From the NCBI GenBank assembly GCA_024233345.1, contig JACKPT010000011.1, positions 71,516 to 135,515 of the forward strand: DNA of 64,000 nt. Reading direction: 5' to 3'. The position numbers and the translations under genes are program-made. Shown here in pieces: positions 46,812-56,855 of the stretch (positions are counted from its first letter, which is position 1; each line of letters opens with the position of its first letter). Below the pieces are notes generated by a model. That model had not been told where the DNA came from and searched no databases. It saw nothing but the letters and a program-made list of their open reading frames with translations. The DNA comes from Verrucomicrobiota bacterium (GTDB lineage: Bacteria; Verrucomicrobiota; Kiritimatiellia; CAIVKH01).

Positions 46812-47309
46812 ATGAGTATTGTCACGTTCAGTAAAAAGTCGCACCTGCCCTTCTCGGCGGAGCGTGTCTACGACTGGCACATGCGGGAAGATGTGTTTCG
46901 CCGACTGATCCCCCCGTGGGAGCATGTCGCCGTTCTGCAACGCGACCGGCCGATTCAAAATGGCGCGGTTGCGGAACTTCTGATCGGGCGATGGTCCCTC
47001 TCCTTCCGCTGGAAATTGATCCATGACGAGGTCATCCCCGAACGGCAGTTTGTGGACTATCAAGTCAAAGGGCCATTCAAATCCTGGCGCCACACCCACC
47101 GGTTTATTCCCGATGGCGATACCGGTTCCTACCTGGAAGATGTGATTCAGTACGAAGTTCCGTTTGGCGACCTGGGCCGCCGCCTGACCCACTGGCTGAT
47201 CGAACGCAAGCTGGTTCGTCTGTTTGATTACCGCCATTCCGTCACCCTGCATACCATGCTGGCTGAAGCCACCCGGGCCGGTACCACCCCTGCCACACTC
47301 ACGGAATGA
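46812..47309 (+). CDS. SRPBCC (START/cyclase-dehydrase-like) protein
   Basis: 165 aa. The pattern SAERVYDWHMREDVFRRLIPPWEHV...GPFKSWRHTHRFIP is typical of COG4276-like SRPBCC proteins. Starts immediately after the SDR stop. Confidence 0.65.
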   Translation: MSIVTFSKKSHLPFSAERVYDWHMREDVFRRLIPPWEHVAVLQRDRPIQNGAVAELLIGRWSLSFRWKLIHDEVIPERQFVDYQVKGPFKSWRHTHRFIPDGDTGSYLEDVIQYEVPFGDLGRRLTHWLIERKLVRLFDYRHSVTLHTMLAEATRAGTTPATLTE

Positions 47310-47740
47310 ATCAGTATCTATTGCTCCTGCATCTGTTTGCCACCTTCGCGATGACCGGTATCATCTGGTTCGTCCAGCTCATTGAGTACCCCCTGATGCA
47401 TCGAAGCCAGGGCGAAGCCTTTCGCTCCTATCATGCCGCCTACACCAAACGCATGGGCTTTCTGGTCGGCCCCCTGATGCTGCTCGAACTTGCCACCGGG
47501 GTTGCGTTGTCCCTGCTCCCGGTTCCCGGACTCCCTGTTCTCACCCTCTGGATTGGCCTGATGCTGATCCTTCTCATCTGGGCGGCCACGGCGTTGCTCT
47601 CCATCCCCTGCCACCATCGGCTGCGCCATGGTTATGATTCCGTCACCCACCGGCAACTGGTCGCCACCAACTGGATCCGCACTGCGGCCTGGACCCTCCG
47701 CAGCTTACTGCTGATAACCATCATCAACCTGGCCCCATGA
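47306..47740 (+). CDS. small four-TM membrane protein (hypothetical)
   Basis: 144 aa, four hydrophobic segments. ATGA overlap with the SRPBCC gene. Confidence 0.5.
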   Translation: MNQYLLLLHLFATFAMTGIIWFVQLIEYPLMHRSQGEAFRSYHAAYTKRMGFLVGPLMLLELATGVALSLLPVPGLPVLTLWIGLMLILLIWAATALLSIPCHHRLRHGYDSVTHRQLVATNWIRTAAWTLRSLLLITIINLAP

Positions 47741-47759
47741 GTCCCCCCCATCTCCCTGC

Positions 47760-47788
47760 TTGACCCTGCCCCGGCACCGGTTTATCAC
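47760..47788 (+). promoter_or_regulatory. sigma-70-like promoter candidate for the NSS transporter gene
   Basis: TTGACC (47760-47765), 17-nt spacer, TATCAC (47783-47788). GGAGGAG at 47802-47808 precedes the ATG at 47818. Confidence 0.3.
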
Positions 47789-47817
47789 ACTACCTTTCGA
47801 TGGAGGAGTTTTGCCGA

Positions 47818-49401
47818 ATGACCAACCAAGCCAATCGCGAAACATGGGGAACAAGAATCGGAGTCATCCTTGCCGTCACCGGGAGCGCGGTCGGCCTCGG
47901 TAACTTCCTGCGCTTTCCCGGCCAGGCGGCCCAATATGGAGGCGGGGCCTTTCTGATTCCCTACCTCGTTGCCTTCCTGGTAATCGGATTACCGCTGGCC
48001 TGGCTGGAATGGGGACTCGGACGCTACGGCGGCGCGCGCGGTCACAACTCCGCTCCCGGAATTTTCCGGGTCCTCACCGGCTCCCGGTACGGAAGCTATC
48101 TCGGAATGCTCGGCACCGTCATGCCGGTCATGATCTACATGTATTACGTATTCGTCGAAGCCTGGTGCCTCGCCTATGCCTGGGACTACCTTACCGGAGC
48201 ATTCGCCCAATACGGTGGTGACTCGGCTGCCATTACCCAACACTTCCTCACCAGCGCCGGAGCCACCGGCGACGGTGCGGTATTCAGCCGGGGGGCCGGA
48301 CGCATGTTTGTCTTCCTTGCCCTGTGTTTTGGCATCAACTTCTTCCTGATCTATCGGGGTATCCACCGGGGCATTGAAAAATTCTGTAACGTCGCCCTCC
48401 CCCTGCTCTTCCTCTGTGCGGTCATCATTCTGGTCCGGGTGCTCACCCTCCCCGCCAACCCGCTTCACCCCGAACAAACCGTGATCAATGGACTCGGCTA
48501 CATGTGGAATCCGGTCAAGGAGGGCACCACCCTGCTCGCCACCCTGAGCAATGCCGAGGTCTGGCTCGCCGCGACCGGACAAATCTTCTTCAGCCTCTCC
48601 CTGGGATTCGGACTGATCCTTACCTACTCCAGCTACCTGAAACCCGACGATGATGTCGCCCTTTCCTCCCTCACCTCGGTGGCCGGAAACGGATTTGCCG
48701 AAGTGGTGCTGGGCGGCATGATCGCCATCCCCGCCGCCTTTGTCTTCCTCGGACCTTCGGTGGTACAGAATCCCCCGGGAACCTTCGGCATGGGGTTCAT
48801 TACCCTGCCCAATGTTTTCAACCAGATGCCGGCTGGCTCCTTCTTCGGGTTCCTATTCTTCTTCCTCCTGTTTCTCGCTGCGGTCACCAGCTCCCTGTCC
48901 ATGCTGCAGCCGGCAATTGCGTTGCTGGAAGAAGGCCTTGGACTGACCCGGAAACCCTCCGTCGCCCTCCTCGGTTTCATCACCCTGACCGGGTGCCTGT
49001 TTATTGTTTACTTCTCCAAGGACTTTGCCGCCCTCGACACAGTGGACTTCTGGATGGCCAACTTCTTCATTTTCATCTTCGCCACCGCCCAGACCATTGT
49101 CTTCGGCTGGGTGCTCGGCATCGATCAGGGCTTTGCCGAACTCCAGCGCGGAGCGGAAATCACCCTTCCCGCCTGCCTCAAGTTCGTCATCAAGTATATC
49201 TCCCCCACCTTCCTCCTGGTGATTTTCCTCATCTGGTGCTTTCAGCAATTACCCGGGCGACTCGAAGCGATCTTCACCCTCCCCGAGGAAGGTCCTCCGG
49301 TCGTCCTGATGTCCATCGGGCTCATCCTGCTGGTCCTGACATTCTTTGCCTTTGTGGTTTCCCGCGCCAACCTTGCCTGGGATAAGGAGGATGCATCATG
49401 A
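47818..49401 (+). CDS. neurotransmitter:sodium symporter (NSS/SNF) family transporter
   Basis: RETWGTRIGVILAVTGSAVGLGNFLRFPGQAAQYGGGAFLIPYLVAFLVIGLPLAWLEWGLGRYG is the NSS signature. Start chosen at ATG 47818 behind the RBS. Confidence 0.9.
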   Translation: MTNQANRETWGTRIGVILAVTGSAVGLGNFLRFPGQAAQYGGGAFLIPYLVAFLVIGLPLAWLEWGLGRYGGARGHNSAPGIFRVLTGSRYGSYLGMLGTVMPVMIYMYYVFVEAWCLAYAWDYLTGAFAQYGGDSAAITQHFLTSAGATGDGAVFSRGAGRMFVFLALCFGINFFLIYRGIHRGIEKFCNVALPLLFLCAVIILVRVLTLPANPLHPEQTVINGLGYMWNPVKEGTTLLATLSNAEVWLAATGQIFFSLSLGFGLILTYSSYLKPDDDVALSSLTSVAGNGFAEVVLGGMIAIPAAFVFLGPSVVQNPPGTFGMGFITLPNVFNQMPAGSFFGFLFFFLLFLAAVTSSLSMLQPAIALLEEGLGLTRKPSVALLGFITLTGCLFIVYFSKDFAALDTVDFWMANFFIFIFATAQTIVFGWVLGIDQGFAELQRGAEITLPACLKFVIKYISPTFLLVIFLIWCFQQLPGRLEAIFTLPEEGPPVVLMSIGLILLVLTFFAFVVSRANLAWDKEDAS

Positions 49402-49550
49402 CCACCGCCGGCTGGATCATCATGATTGGCGCCATCTCCGGGATGACCGGCTTGCTTTCCTGGTGCATCTATAAGGTCTTCTCCACCCCCGGTTCCGCCG
49501 AGCATGTGCACAGCCCCGTGGATATCGATACCGGCGAAACCGACGACTGA
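49398..49550 (+). CDS. NSS-transporter small subunit (MetS-like), 50 aa, not in ORF track
   Basis: ATGA overlap with the transporter stop. MTTAGWIIMIGAISGMTGLLSWCIYKVFSTPGSAEHVHSPVDIDTGETDD is a single TM plus an acidic tail, like the small partners of MetP-type NSS transporters. Confidence 0.5.
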   Translation: MTTAGWIIMIGAISGMTGLLSWCIYKVFSTPGSAEHVHSPVDIDTGETDD

Positions 49551-49765
49551 CGGATTGGTCCCCCACCGCAGTAGCACCGTCCCGCCACCACCGATGCCCG
49601 TAGCGACCATCTCCGACTGGGCGTCGGTGGTTGCAGCGAACCGGGTAAACCGCCAATATGGATATCGGCGCCATGCTCCGGGAACCGATTCGATCATCTC
49701 AGGGCGGGCTTGGAAAATATGGAGAGCCCAGTACAGTGTGCCTTGATGTAAGGAGGAGAATCAGG

Positions 49766-51334
49766 ATGAGCGAAACGACACATCAATCTCTGCCAGAGCT
49801 GTTGGCACAAAGTACAGCTCGATACGGGGAGCAACCGGCTATCCATATCGGTGATCGCACCATCACCCATCGGGAATTTGGCGTGGCCACGGATCGGATT
49901 GCCGCCGGGCTTCGGGCCGGCGGGCTTGCCAAAGGCGACCGGGTCGGACTGATCTGTGCCAATTCGGATGTGTTCGCACTCGCCTATTTCGGGATCCTCA
50001 AGGCCGGGGGCACTGTGGTTCCGGTCAATCTGCTCCTGAACCCCAAAGAAATGGCCTTCATCCTGGGAAATGCCGACGTTTCCATGGTGCTGTATCTCGA
50101 TCTGTTTACCGGGCTTATCGATGCGATCCGTCCGCAACTCCCCGACTCGGTTGAATGGGTCGAAATGCCCATGGGCCCGGTTTCGGACGACACCCATTCC
50201 GCCTGGCACCGACTGGTCAACAGCGAGGCCCCTTACACGCCGGTTGATTTTGATCCCCCCAACGATATTGCGGTCATTCTCTATACTTCTGGAACCACCG
50301 GCTATCCCAAGGGAGCCATGCTAACCCACCGCAACCTCGCCAGCAACGCCACCGCGATCAGCGAGGCGCTGCGTCTGGTGGCCGGCAAGGATGTGCTGAT
50401 TACCGTCCTGCCCATGTTCCATGCATTCGCGGCAACCGTTTGTATGATTTACCCGCTGCTCAATGGGTGCGCCCTGGTGCCGGTACCGAAATTTGATCCT
50501 GCACTGGTTGCGGACATGATTGAGCGGCATCAGGTCACCTTGCTGGCCGCCGTGCCCGGTATGTACGGGGTCTTGAACAAACTCCCCGATTCCGCAGTGC
50601 CGAAGTTCGCCAGCCTGAAATACTGCATCTCCGGAGGTGCCGCCATGCCGGTGGCCTGGATGCAGGCATTTGAGGAGAAGTTCGGGAAATTGATTTATGA
50701 GGGCGATGGCCCCACCGAATGCTCCCCCTGCACCTGTGTCAATCCTATTGGCGGGGTGCGCAAGCCCGGATCGGTGGGAACCGTTATTCCATCGGTCTCC
50801 ATGAAGATTCTGGATGAGCAGGGGGTTGAATGCACGACCGGTACCATTGGAGAAATCTGTGTCCGGGGGCCAAATATCATGAAAGGATATTGGAAGTTGC
50901 CCGACGATACTGCCGAGGTTTTCTTCGGGGACTGGCTCCGGACCGGGGACCTGGGATATGTGGATGAGGATGGATATTTCTTCATCGTGGACCGGAAAAA
51001 GGACATGGTGATTGTCAATGGTATGAATGTATATCCCCGTATCATTGAAGAAGCTCTTCACCGTTACCCGGCGGTCCGGGAAGTGGCAGTCATCGGGGAG
51101 CCGGATGAAACCCACGGGGAAAAAGTCGTGGCTTTTGTGGTGCTCCATGATGGTCACAAGGAAGATATCCCGGCCCTTCGAAAATATTGTTTGAGTCATC
51201 TGGGCCGCCATGAAGTGCCGAGGGTATTCCGGTTTGTGCCGGATCTGCCAAAAAATGCCGCGGGGAAAATCATGAAACGAGAACTGCGGATGCAGGGTGA
51301 ACTTGAACGAGGTGTGGACCGGCGGGGTCTGTAG
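49766..51334 (+). CDS. long-chain-fatty-acid--CoA ligase (AMP-dependent synthetase)
   Basis: Start at ATG 49766 behind AGGAGGAG. AMP-binding motif ILYTSGTTGYPKGAMLTH, plus GDLGYVDEDGYFFIVDRKKDMV and the C-terminal PKNAAGKI. Confidence 0.9.
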   Translation: MSETTHQSLPELLAQSTARYGEQPAIHIGDRTITHREFGVATDRIAAGLRAGGLAKGDRVGLICANSDVFALAYFGILKAGGTVVPVNLLLNPKEMAFILGNADVSMVLYLDLFTGLIDAIRPQLPDSVEWVEMPMGPVSDDTHSAWHRLVNSEAPYTPVDFDPPNDIAVILYTSGTTGYPKGAMLTHRNLASNATAISEALRLVAGKDVLITVLPMFHAFAATVCMIYPLLNGCALVPVPKFDPALVADMIERHQVTLLAAVPGMYGVLNKLPDSAVPKFASLKYCISGGAAMPVAWMQAFEEKFGKLIYEGDGPTECSPCTCVNPIGGVRKPGSVGTVIPSVSMKILDEQGVECTTGTIGEICVRGPNIMKGYWKLPDDTAEVFFGDWLRTGDLGYVDEDGYFFIVDRKKDMVIVNGMNVYPRIIEEALHRYPAVREVAVIGEPDETHGEKVVAFVVLHDGHKEDIPALRKYCLSHLGRHEVPRVFRFVPDLPKNAAGKIMKRELRMQGELERGVDRRGL

Positions 51335-51372
51335 CAGAATACTTGGCAAAGCGAGCGGTGATTGGAAATGCG

Positions 51373-53490
51373 ATGAATAACAATGTGATGAAATGGGTGC
51401 TTTCCGTGATCCTCCTGGCCGGAGGCTTTTCGCTGTATGCTGCGCCGGTTCGCGATAAGCAGGTCGAAGCCGAACTGATCAGTAAGGTTAGCCATATTCA
51501 GCCAGGTGTTCCCTTCGAGCTCGGTCTCCGACTGACCCACGACCCGCACTGGCATACCTATTGGCTCAATGACGGCGACTCCGGCCTGCCCACGAGGATG
51601 AAGTGGGAATTGCCGGAAGGTTTCTCGGTCAGTGAAATCCAATGGCCCTATCCCGAACGCCTGTCTCTGCCTCCCTTGATGAGTTACGGCTATGAAGGGG
51701 TCGTGCTGTTGTTGTTCACGGTGACGCCACCCGCGGACCTGCAACCCGGCACCGAGGTCACGCTGGGCGGCAAGGCGTCCTGGTTGATGTGTAAGGAAAT
51801 TTGCATTCCCGGGAAAGCGGCTCTGTCCCTGAACCTGCCGGTGCGGGCTGAGGCACCCGAACCATCGGCTCAGGCGGACCAATTCACCGAGGCTGAACGG
51901 CGCTTGCCGCTCGTTTCGGACAACTGGTCCATCCTCGCCGAGGCAGACGATCAGACCGTACAACTGACGGTGACTGCCAAAACCACTCCCTTGCCCAAAC
52001 TTGAGGAGCTGGTGTTTTTCCCGTTTGAGAAGGGGGTCATCGAGAACGCCCCGGAGCAGGTGCTGGAAACCAAGGGTGAATCCTATCAGCTCACCATTCC
52101 CCGCGCGGAAACCGTCCCCCCCCTGCCCGACCGTTTACGGGGCGTTCTGGTTTCGGAGAACCATGAATGGGAACCGGGGCGCCATGCGCTTTTGGTGGAT
52201 ATTCCCTGGGGCAAGCCAGCCCCGGCATTGCCTGCTGCCACCCGGCCCGCCACTGCTACGATCAGCCTGCCCGCCGCCATCCTGTTTGCCTTTATCGGCG
52301 GTTTGATCCTCAACCTCATGCCCTGTGTTTTTCCGGTGATCAGCCTCAAAATCCTGGGGTTTGTCCAACAGGCGGGAGAGCATCCCAAGCAAGTCCGGTA
52401 TCATGGCCTGATGTTTGCAGCGGGGGTGATGATTTCCTTCTGGATTCTCGCCGGCGTACTGCTTGCCCTTCGTGCTGGGGGGGCGGTTTTCGGGTGGGGA
52501 TTCCAGTTGTCCAACCCCACATTTCTGGTGGGATTGATCGCTTTATTTTATGTGATGGCTCTGAACCTGTTCGGGGTTTTTGAGATCGGGGTCTCCCTGA
52601 CCAGCGCCGGGCAAACCGTGACCAGCAAGGGAAGTTGGAGCGGATCATTTTTCAGCGGGGTACTCGCCACCGTGATTGCCACCCCCTGCTCCGCCCCGCT
52701 GATGGGTGCCGCTGTGGGCTTTGCCTTGACCCAACCCGCCTCGGTCTCCTTGATGATCTTCTCCAGTCTCGGCTTCGGCATGGCTTTCCCGTACCTCTTG
52801 CTCACCCGGTTCCCCGCCTTGCTGATGCGACTTCCCAAGCCGGGGGCCTGGATGGAAACCATGAAACAGTCGATGGGATTTATTCTCGCCGCCACCGTGG
52901 TCTGGCTGTTTTGGGTACTCTCAGCGCGCTCTGCATCGTCCTCTCTTCCCTGGGTTATGGTCATGTTTCTGCTCCTCGCGCTTGCCAGTTGGATCTACGG
53001 ACGATGGGGAGCCCTACACCGCCCCCGGTCCACCCGCCTCGCGGCAATCCTGATGGCTTTGCTCCTGGGCGCGGCGGGCCTGGCCGCCGGGATGGGCAAT
53101 CTCGCGCCCGTCGAGACGGCCACCACCTCCTCCTCGGATGCCTCTGGATGGGAACCCTACTCCCCGGAACAACTCGCAGCCTACCGAGCCGAGGGAACCC
53201 CGGTCTTTATTGACTTCACCGCAAAGTGGTGTCTGACCTGCCAGGTCAATAAGCGGACAGTTCTTCGTCGGGCGGAAATCCTCCAAGCATTCCGGGATCG
53301 GGGCGTCAAGTTGATGGAGGCGGACTGGACCGATCAGAATGAAACCATCGCAAAGGCCCTCGCCGGTTACGGACGCCAAAGCGTCCCGGTCTATGTGCTG
53401 TATGGAGCCGACCCCGAGGCGTCGCCCACCCTGCTGCCAGAACTGTTGACGCGAAAAATCGTTCTCGATGCATTGCAGAATGATCTTTGA
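51373..53490 (+). CDS. DsbD/ScsB-family membrane thiol:disulfide electron transporter
   Basis: N-terminal periplasmic domain with CKEIC, a CcdA-like core (LMPCVFPV, ATPCSAPL) and a C-terminal thioredoxin WCLTC. The track start (TTG 51343) is replaced by ATG 51373; start uncertain. Confidence 0.85.
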   Translation: MNNNVMKWVLSVILLAGGFSLYAAPVRDKQVEAELISKVSHIQPGVPFELGLRLTHDPHWHTYWLNDGDSGLPTRMKWELPEGFSVSEIQWPYPERLSLPPLMSYGYEGVVLLLFTVTPPADLQPGTEVTLGGKASWLMCKEICIPGKAALSLNLPVRAEAPEPSAQADQFTEAERRLPLVSDNWSILAEADDQTVQLTVTAKTTPLPKLEELVFFPFEKGVIENAPEQVLETKGESYQLTIPRAETVPPLPDRLRGVLVSENHEWEPGRHALLVDIPWGKPAPALPAATRPATATISLPAAILFAFIGGLILNLMPCVFPVISLKILGFVQQAGEHPKQVRYHGLMFAAGVMISFWILAGVLLALRAGGAVFGWGFQLSNPTFLVGLIALFYVMALNLFGVFEIGVSLTSAGQTVTSKGSWSGSFFSGVLATVIATPCSAPLMGAAVGFALTQPASVSLMIFSSLGFGMAFPYLLLTRFPALLMRLPKPGAWMETMKQSMGFILAATVVWLFWVLSARSASSSLPWVMVMFLLLALASWIYGRWGALHRPRSTRLAAILMALLLGAAGLAAGMGNLAPVETATTSSSDASGWEPYSPEQLAAYRAEGTPVFIDFTAKWCLTCQVNKRTVLRRAEILQAFRDRGVKLMEADWTDQNETIAKALAGYGRQSVPVYVLYGADPEASPTLLPELLTRKIVLDALQNDL

Positions 53491-53568
53491 ACGGTATCTT
53501 CTCCCAACGGTCATAGGACCGAAAAGCAATAAACCATCGCTCGTACGAGCCACAACAAGGAGACGATC

Positions 53569-54168
53569 ATGAGAATGCTACTGTCAACACTGGCCGCCAT
53601 GACTCTGTTGACCGCCCCGGTCCGGGCGGCGGTTGAAACAGGATCGGCCGCCCCTGAGTTCACCCTGACCGATACCCAGGGCACCAGCCACAACCTGTCC
53701 GACTTCAAGGGCAAATTTGTCGTGCTGGAATGGGTCAACCACGGGTGCCCATTTGTAAAGAAATTCTACCGGGTGGGTGAGATGCAGAAACTACAGGCCG
53801 ACTACACCGGCAAGGGCGTGGTCTGGCTGTCCATCTGCTCCTCAGCGCCCGGCAAGCAGGGTAACATGAGTGCCGAGGAGTGGAATGCATACAATACCGA
53901 GCATGAAGTCGCGGCCAGTGCGGTCCTCATCGACGAAGACGGAACTGTCGGCAAGCAATATGGTGCCCGCACCACGCCCCACATGTATGTCATCAATCCC
54001 GAGGGAACCCTGATTTACCAGGGAGCGATCGATAGCGTACGTTCCACCGAATCCGATGATATCCCGGATGCCGAAAACTACGTCCGATCCGCCCTCGATG
54101 CCGCGATGGCGGGCGAGGCGGTGGCCACCCCCCAGACCGAACCCTATGGTTGCTCGGTGAAATATTGA
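53569..54168 (+). CDS. secreted thioredoxin-fold (AhpC/TSA-redoxin-like) protein
   Basis: Signal peptide MRMLLSTLAAMTLLTAPVRA. FKGKFVVLEWVNHGCPFVKKFY is a redoxin-type block with a single Cys. Confidence 0.75.
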   Translation: MRMLLSTLAAMTLLTAPVRAAVETGSAAPEFTLTDTQGTSHNLSDFKGKFVVLEWVNHGCPFVKKFYRVGEMQKLQADYTGKGVVWLSICSSAPGKQGNMSAEEWNAYNTEHEVAASAVLIDEDGTVGKQYGARTTPHMYVINPEGTLIYQGAIDSVRSTESDDIPDAENYVRSALDAAMAGEAVATPQTEPYGCSVKY

Positions 54169-54189
54169 TCAAGGGATCCATGCCACAAG

Positions 54190-54222
54190 AAAACCCGCGC
54201 CCGCATGGCGCGGGTTTTTTTA
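54190..54222 (+). terminator. rho-independent terminator
   Basis: AAACCCGCGCC / GGCGCGGGTTT perfect stem with loop CGCAT, followed by a T-run (54191-54221). Confidence 0.85.
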
Positions 54223-54330
54223 TTGTGCTGTACCTTACCTCCACCGCCAGCGATCTTTACATCAACCCTTGGATACCCTAGGATGCCCCGGAAGTCGGAA
54301 TCCAGACGGGCAACCAAGGATGAAGCACAG

Positions 54331-55086
54331 ATGGCTAAGAAAAGCGCGGCAGTTAAACCCAAATATCGGCGAATCCTACTGAAACTCAGTGGCGAGGTCC
54401 TGCTCAACCGGGATTCCGGAAACAGCCTCGATCCCGGTATTCTTCTCTCCGTTGCCAAACAGATCAAAGAGGTCAAAAAGCTCGGGGTTGAAGTGGCGAT
54501 CGTCATCGGGGGCGGAAATATCTTTCGCGGCCTTCCCGGGCAGAGTTGTGGCATCGACCGCACCACCGGAGACCACATGGGCATGCTGGCCACCGTCATC
54601 AACAGTCTGGCCCTTCAGTCGGCCCTGGAAAGTCAGGGCGTCGACACCCGGGTGATGAGCGCGATCAATATTCCCGCAGTAGCGGAACCCTTTATCCGGC
54701 GCCGGGCCATGCGCCACCTGGAAAAAGGCCGGGTCATCATCATCGGGGCAGGCACCGGCAACCCGTACTTCACCACCGATAGCGCCGCCGCCCTGCGAGC
54801 CAGCGAAATCAATGCCGATGTTCTGCTCAAAGCCACCAAGGTCGATGGCATCTATACCGCAGACCCGATGAAGGACAAGACGGCGAAACGGTATGACACG
54901 CTTACCTATCACCAGGCACTCAAAGACGAGCTCAAGGTAATGGATGCTGCTGCGTTCTCCCTGTGCATGGAAAATAAAATCCCCATTCTCGTCTTCAACT
55001 TCTTCAAGCAAAATGAAATCCTGCGGGCTGTGCTGGGCAAGCGCACCGGCACCTTGGTGACCCGCTCAACGAATGGAGGATCATGA
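54331..55086 (+). CDS. pyrH: UMP kinase
   Basis: Start at ATG 54331 ([24 protein letters not shown]), downstream of the terminator and behind [13 protein letters not shown] motif. Confidence 0.9.
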   Translation: MAKKSAAVKPKYRRILLKLSGEVLLNRDSGNSLDPGILLSVAKQIKEVKKLGVEVAIVIGGGNIFRGLPGQSCGIDRTTGDHMGMLATVINSLALQSALESQGVDTRVMSAINIPAVAEPFIRRRAMRHLEKGRVIIIGAGTGNPYFTTDSAAALRASEINADVLLKATKVDGIYTADPMKDKTAKRYDTLTYHQALKDELKVMDAAAFSLCMENKIPILVFNFFKQNEILRAVLGKRTGTLVTRSTNGGS

Positions 55087-55649
55087 TGGACTCAACCGAT
55101 GATATTCTGCTGGAAACCGATGACAAAATGGGCAAATGCGTCGAGCATCTGCACCACGAGCTTTCCGGGCTGCGGACCGGGAAAGCCTCCCCCAGTCTGG
55201 TCGATGGCATTCAGGTCGAGTACTACGGGGCCATGACCCGGCTGCGGGACATTGCCGGCATCTCCACCCCCGAACCGCGATTGATTGTCATCAATCCCTT
55301 TGATCCATCGGCCATGCCCGCGATCACCAAGGCGATTCTGGGTGCCAATGTGGGGATCACGCCGGTCAGCGATGGCCGGGTGATTCGCATTCCCATTCCC
55401 GAACTGAGCGAAGAGCGCCGTAACGAACTCATCAAGATTGGCCGCCGGATGTCCGAAGAAGCCCGGGTGGCCATCCGCAATGTACGGCGCGACGCCAACG
55501 AAGCGGTCAAGGCCCTGCAGAAAAACAGCACCATCACCGAGGATGAACGGGATGGTGCCATCGAGGAAATCCAGAAATTCACCAACACCCATATCGCGAA
55601 CATTGATAAAGTCATCGCGGAAAAGGAAAAGGACATCCTCGAGGTTTAG
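55083..55649 (+). CDS. frr: ribosome recycling factor
   Basis: 188 aa. Typical RRF sequence (…[20 protein letters not shown]…[10 protein letters not shown]…). ATGA overlap with pyrH. Confidence 0.95.
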   Translation: MMDSTDDILLETDDKMGKCVEHLHHELSGLRTGKASPSLVDGIQVEYYGAMTRLRDIAGISTPEPRLIVINPFDPSAMPAITKAILGANVGITPVSDGRVIRIPIPELSEERRNELIKIGRRMSEEARVAIRNVRRDANEAVKALQKNSTITEDERDGAIEEIQKFTNTHIANIDKVIAEKEKDILEV

Positions 55650-55735
55650 TCTCCGTGTAACGTGCAGAAGGAAACTGCGCGAGTCCCTGCTTGCCGCGAC
55701 GAGCCGCCGGGCACCTGTCCTGGCCGGAGATCGGG

Positions 55736-56761
55736 TTACCGTTGGAGATCCACATAGACCGGATAATGGTCCGAAACATGGTCTCCCTTGCCGGCGATTG
55801 CACCAGGATCCGTGGTGTTGATGCCCTGGGTGACCACGTTCGGCGGACCCGCAGTCCAGGGTTCTCTTGAGAGCTCCGGCGAAACCAGTATCCGATCAAA
55901 CACTGCCGATTCATACCGGAAGGGACTGCTTTTACGATAGGGCACAGTGACCCAGCCCTCTTCCCGCGTAGTGAGAAAAAGGTCGGTCCAATCCCGGAAG
56001 GGGGCAAGGCTACGGTCCCGCTGGAACTTGGCGAGACTGGGATCGACATTCATATCCCCCAGCACAACAACCTCCCACCGGGTGTCGGACTCCGAGTCCA
56101 TCATCTGGTCGGCATTCTCTCTCACCAATTGCAGGGCATTGAATCGCTTGCTCTCATTGCGCAGGGATTTGCCGTAATTGGATTTCAGATGCACGGTATA
56201 AACGAGCAGCTTCGATTGATCCTCCAGTTGAAAGACCGTGCGCAAGACGCCACGGGGCGGCCGGCCCGGCCCCATCATGGCACCAAAATCAATCTCCACG
56301 CAGGAAACCGGCTGGATCCGGGACAACACCCCCAGGTTCAACTTCTCCCGCTGACCATCAAATGAAAACGAAGTCACCCGCGCTTCCGGGTATGGCCGAT
56401 CGAGTGACTCATTCAACATCCGGAGCGATTGCTCATTCTCGATTTCCGAAAGGAAAAGGACATCCGGGTCCATTTCGCTGATGATTGCCGCAGCCAAGCG
56501 GGCCTGGCTGGACGCCAGTTCCGGGGTCCGTTGATCGCCATCATCCTGGCCATCAGAAAAATTTTCGATGTTGTAAAACCCGATGCGAATCCGGTTCCCG
56601 ATGGCCACCGGCTCCCGGGATTCGGCGACGATAACCGGCGCTTCCAGCAGCGGGGTTCCGGCAAAGTCATACAGATCGCGGGCCTCCCCCCGATGTGGCA
56701 GGAGGGCAGAAATCAGGGCACAAAAACACAGGACAGGGATCGGTTTCAATTGCATAGACAT
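55736..56761 (-). CDS. secreted endonuclease/exonuclease/phosphatase (EEP) family protein
   Basis: Signal peptide. IGFYNIENF..., LFLSEIEN, VLGDMNVD and C-terminal SDHYPVYVDL blocks. Confidence 0.75.
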   Translation of the reverse strand: MSMQLKPIPVLCFCALISALLPHRGEARDLYDFAGTPLLEAPVIVAESREPVAIGNRIRIGFYNIENFSDGQDDGDQRTPELASSQARLAAAIISEMDPDVLFLSEIENEQSLRMLNESLDRPYPEARVTSFSFDGQREKLNLGVLSRIQPVSCVEIDFGAMMGPGRPPRGVLRTVFQLEDQSKLLVYTVHLKSNYGKSLRNESKRFNALQLVRENADQMMDSESDTRWEVVVLGDMNVDPSLAKFQRDRSLAPFRDWTDLFLTTREEGWVTVPYRKSSPFRYESAVFDRILVSPELSREPWTAGPPNVVTQGINTTDPGAIAGKGDHVSDHYPVYVDLQR

Positions 56762-56855
56762 AGTCTACACCGTACCACACACTCGGGGTTGATGCGATGG
56801 TTTAATTCGGCTAGACTGACCCGATTAGAAAACCCAACGGAAAGTTGATCATGGT

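Noticed and set aside
50321-51349. 342-aa minus-strand ORF
   Set aside because: It is antisense to the acyl-CoA synthetase gene and has no motifs.
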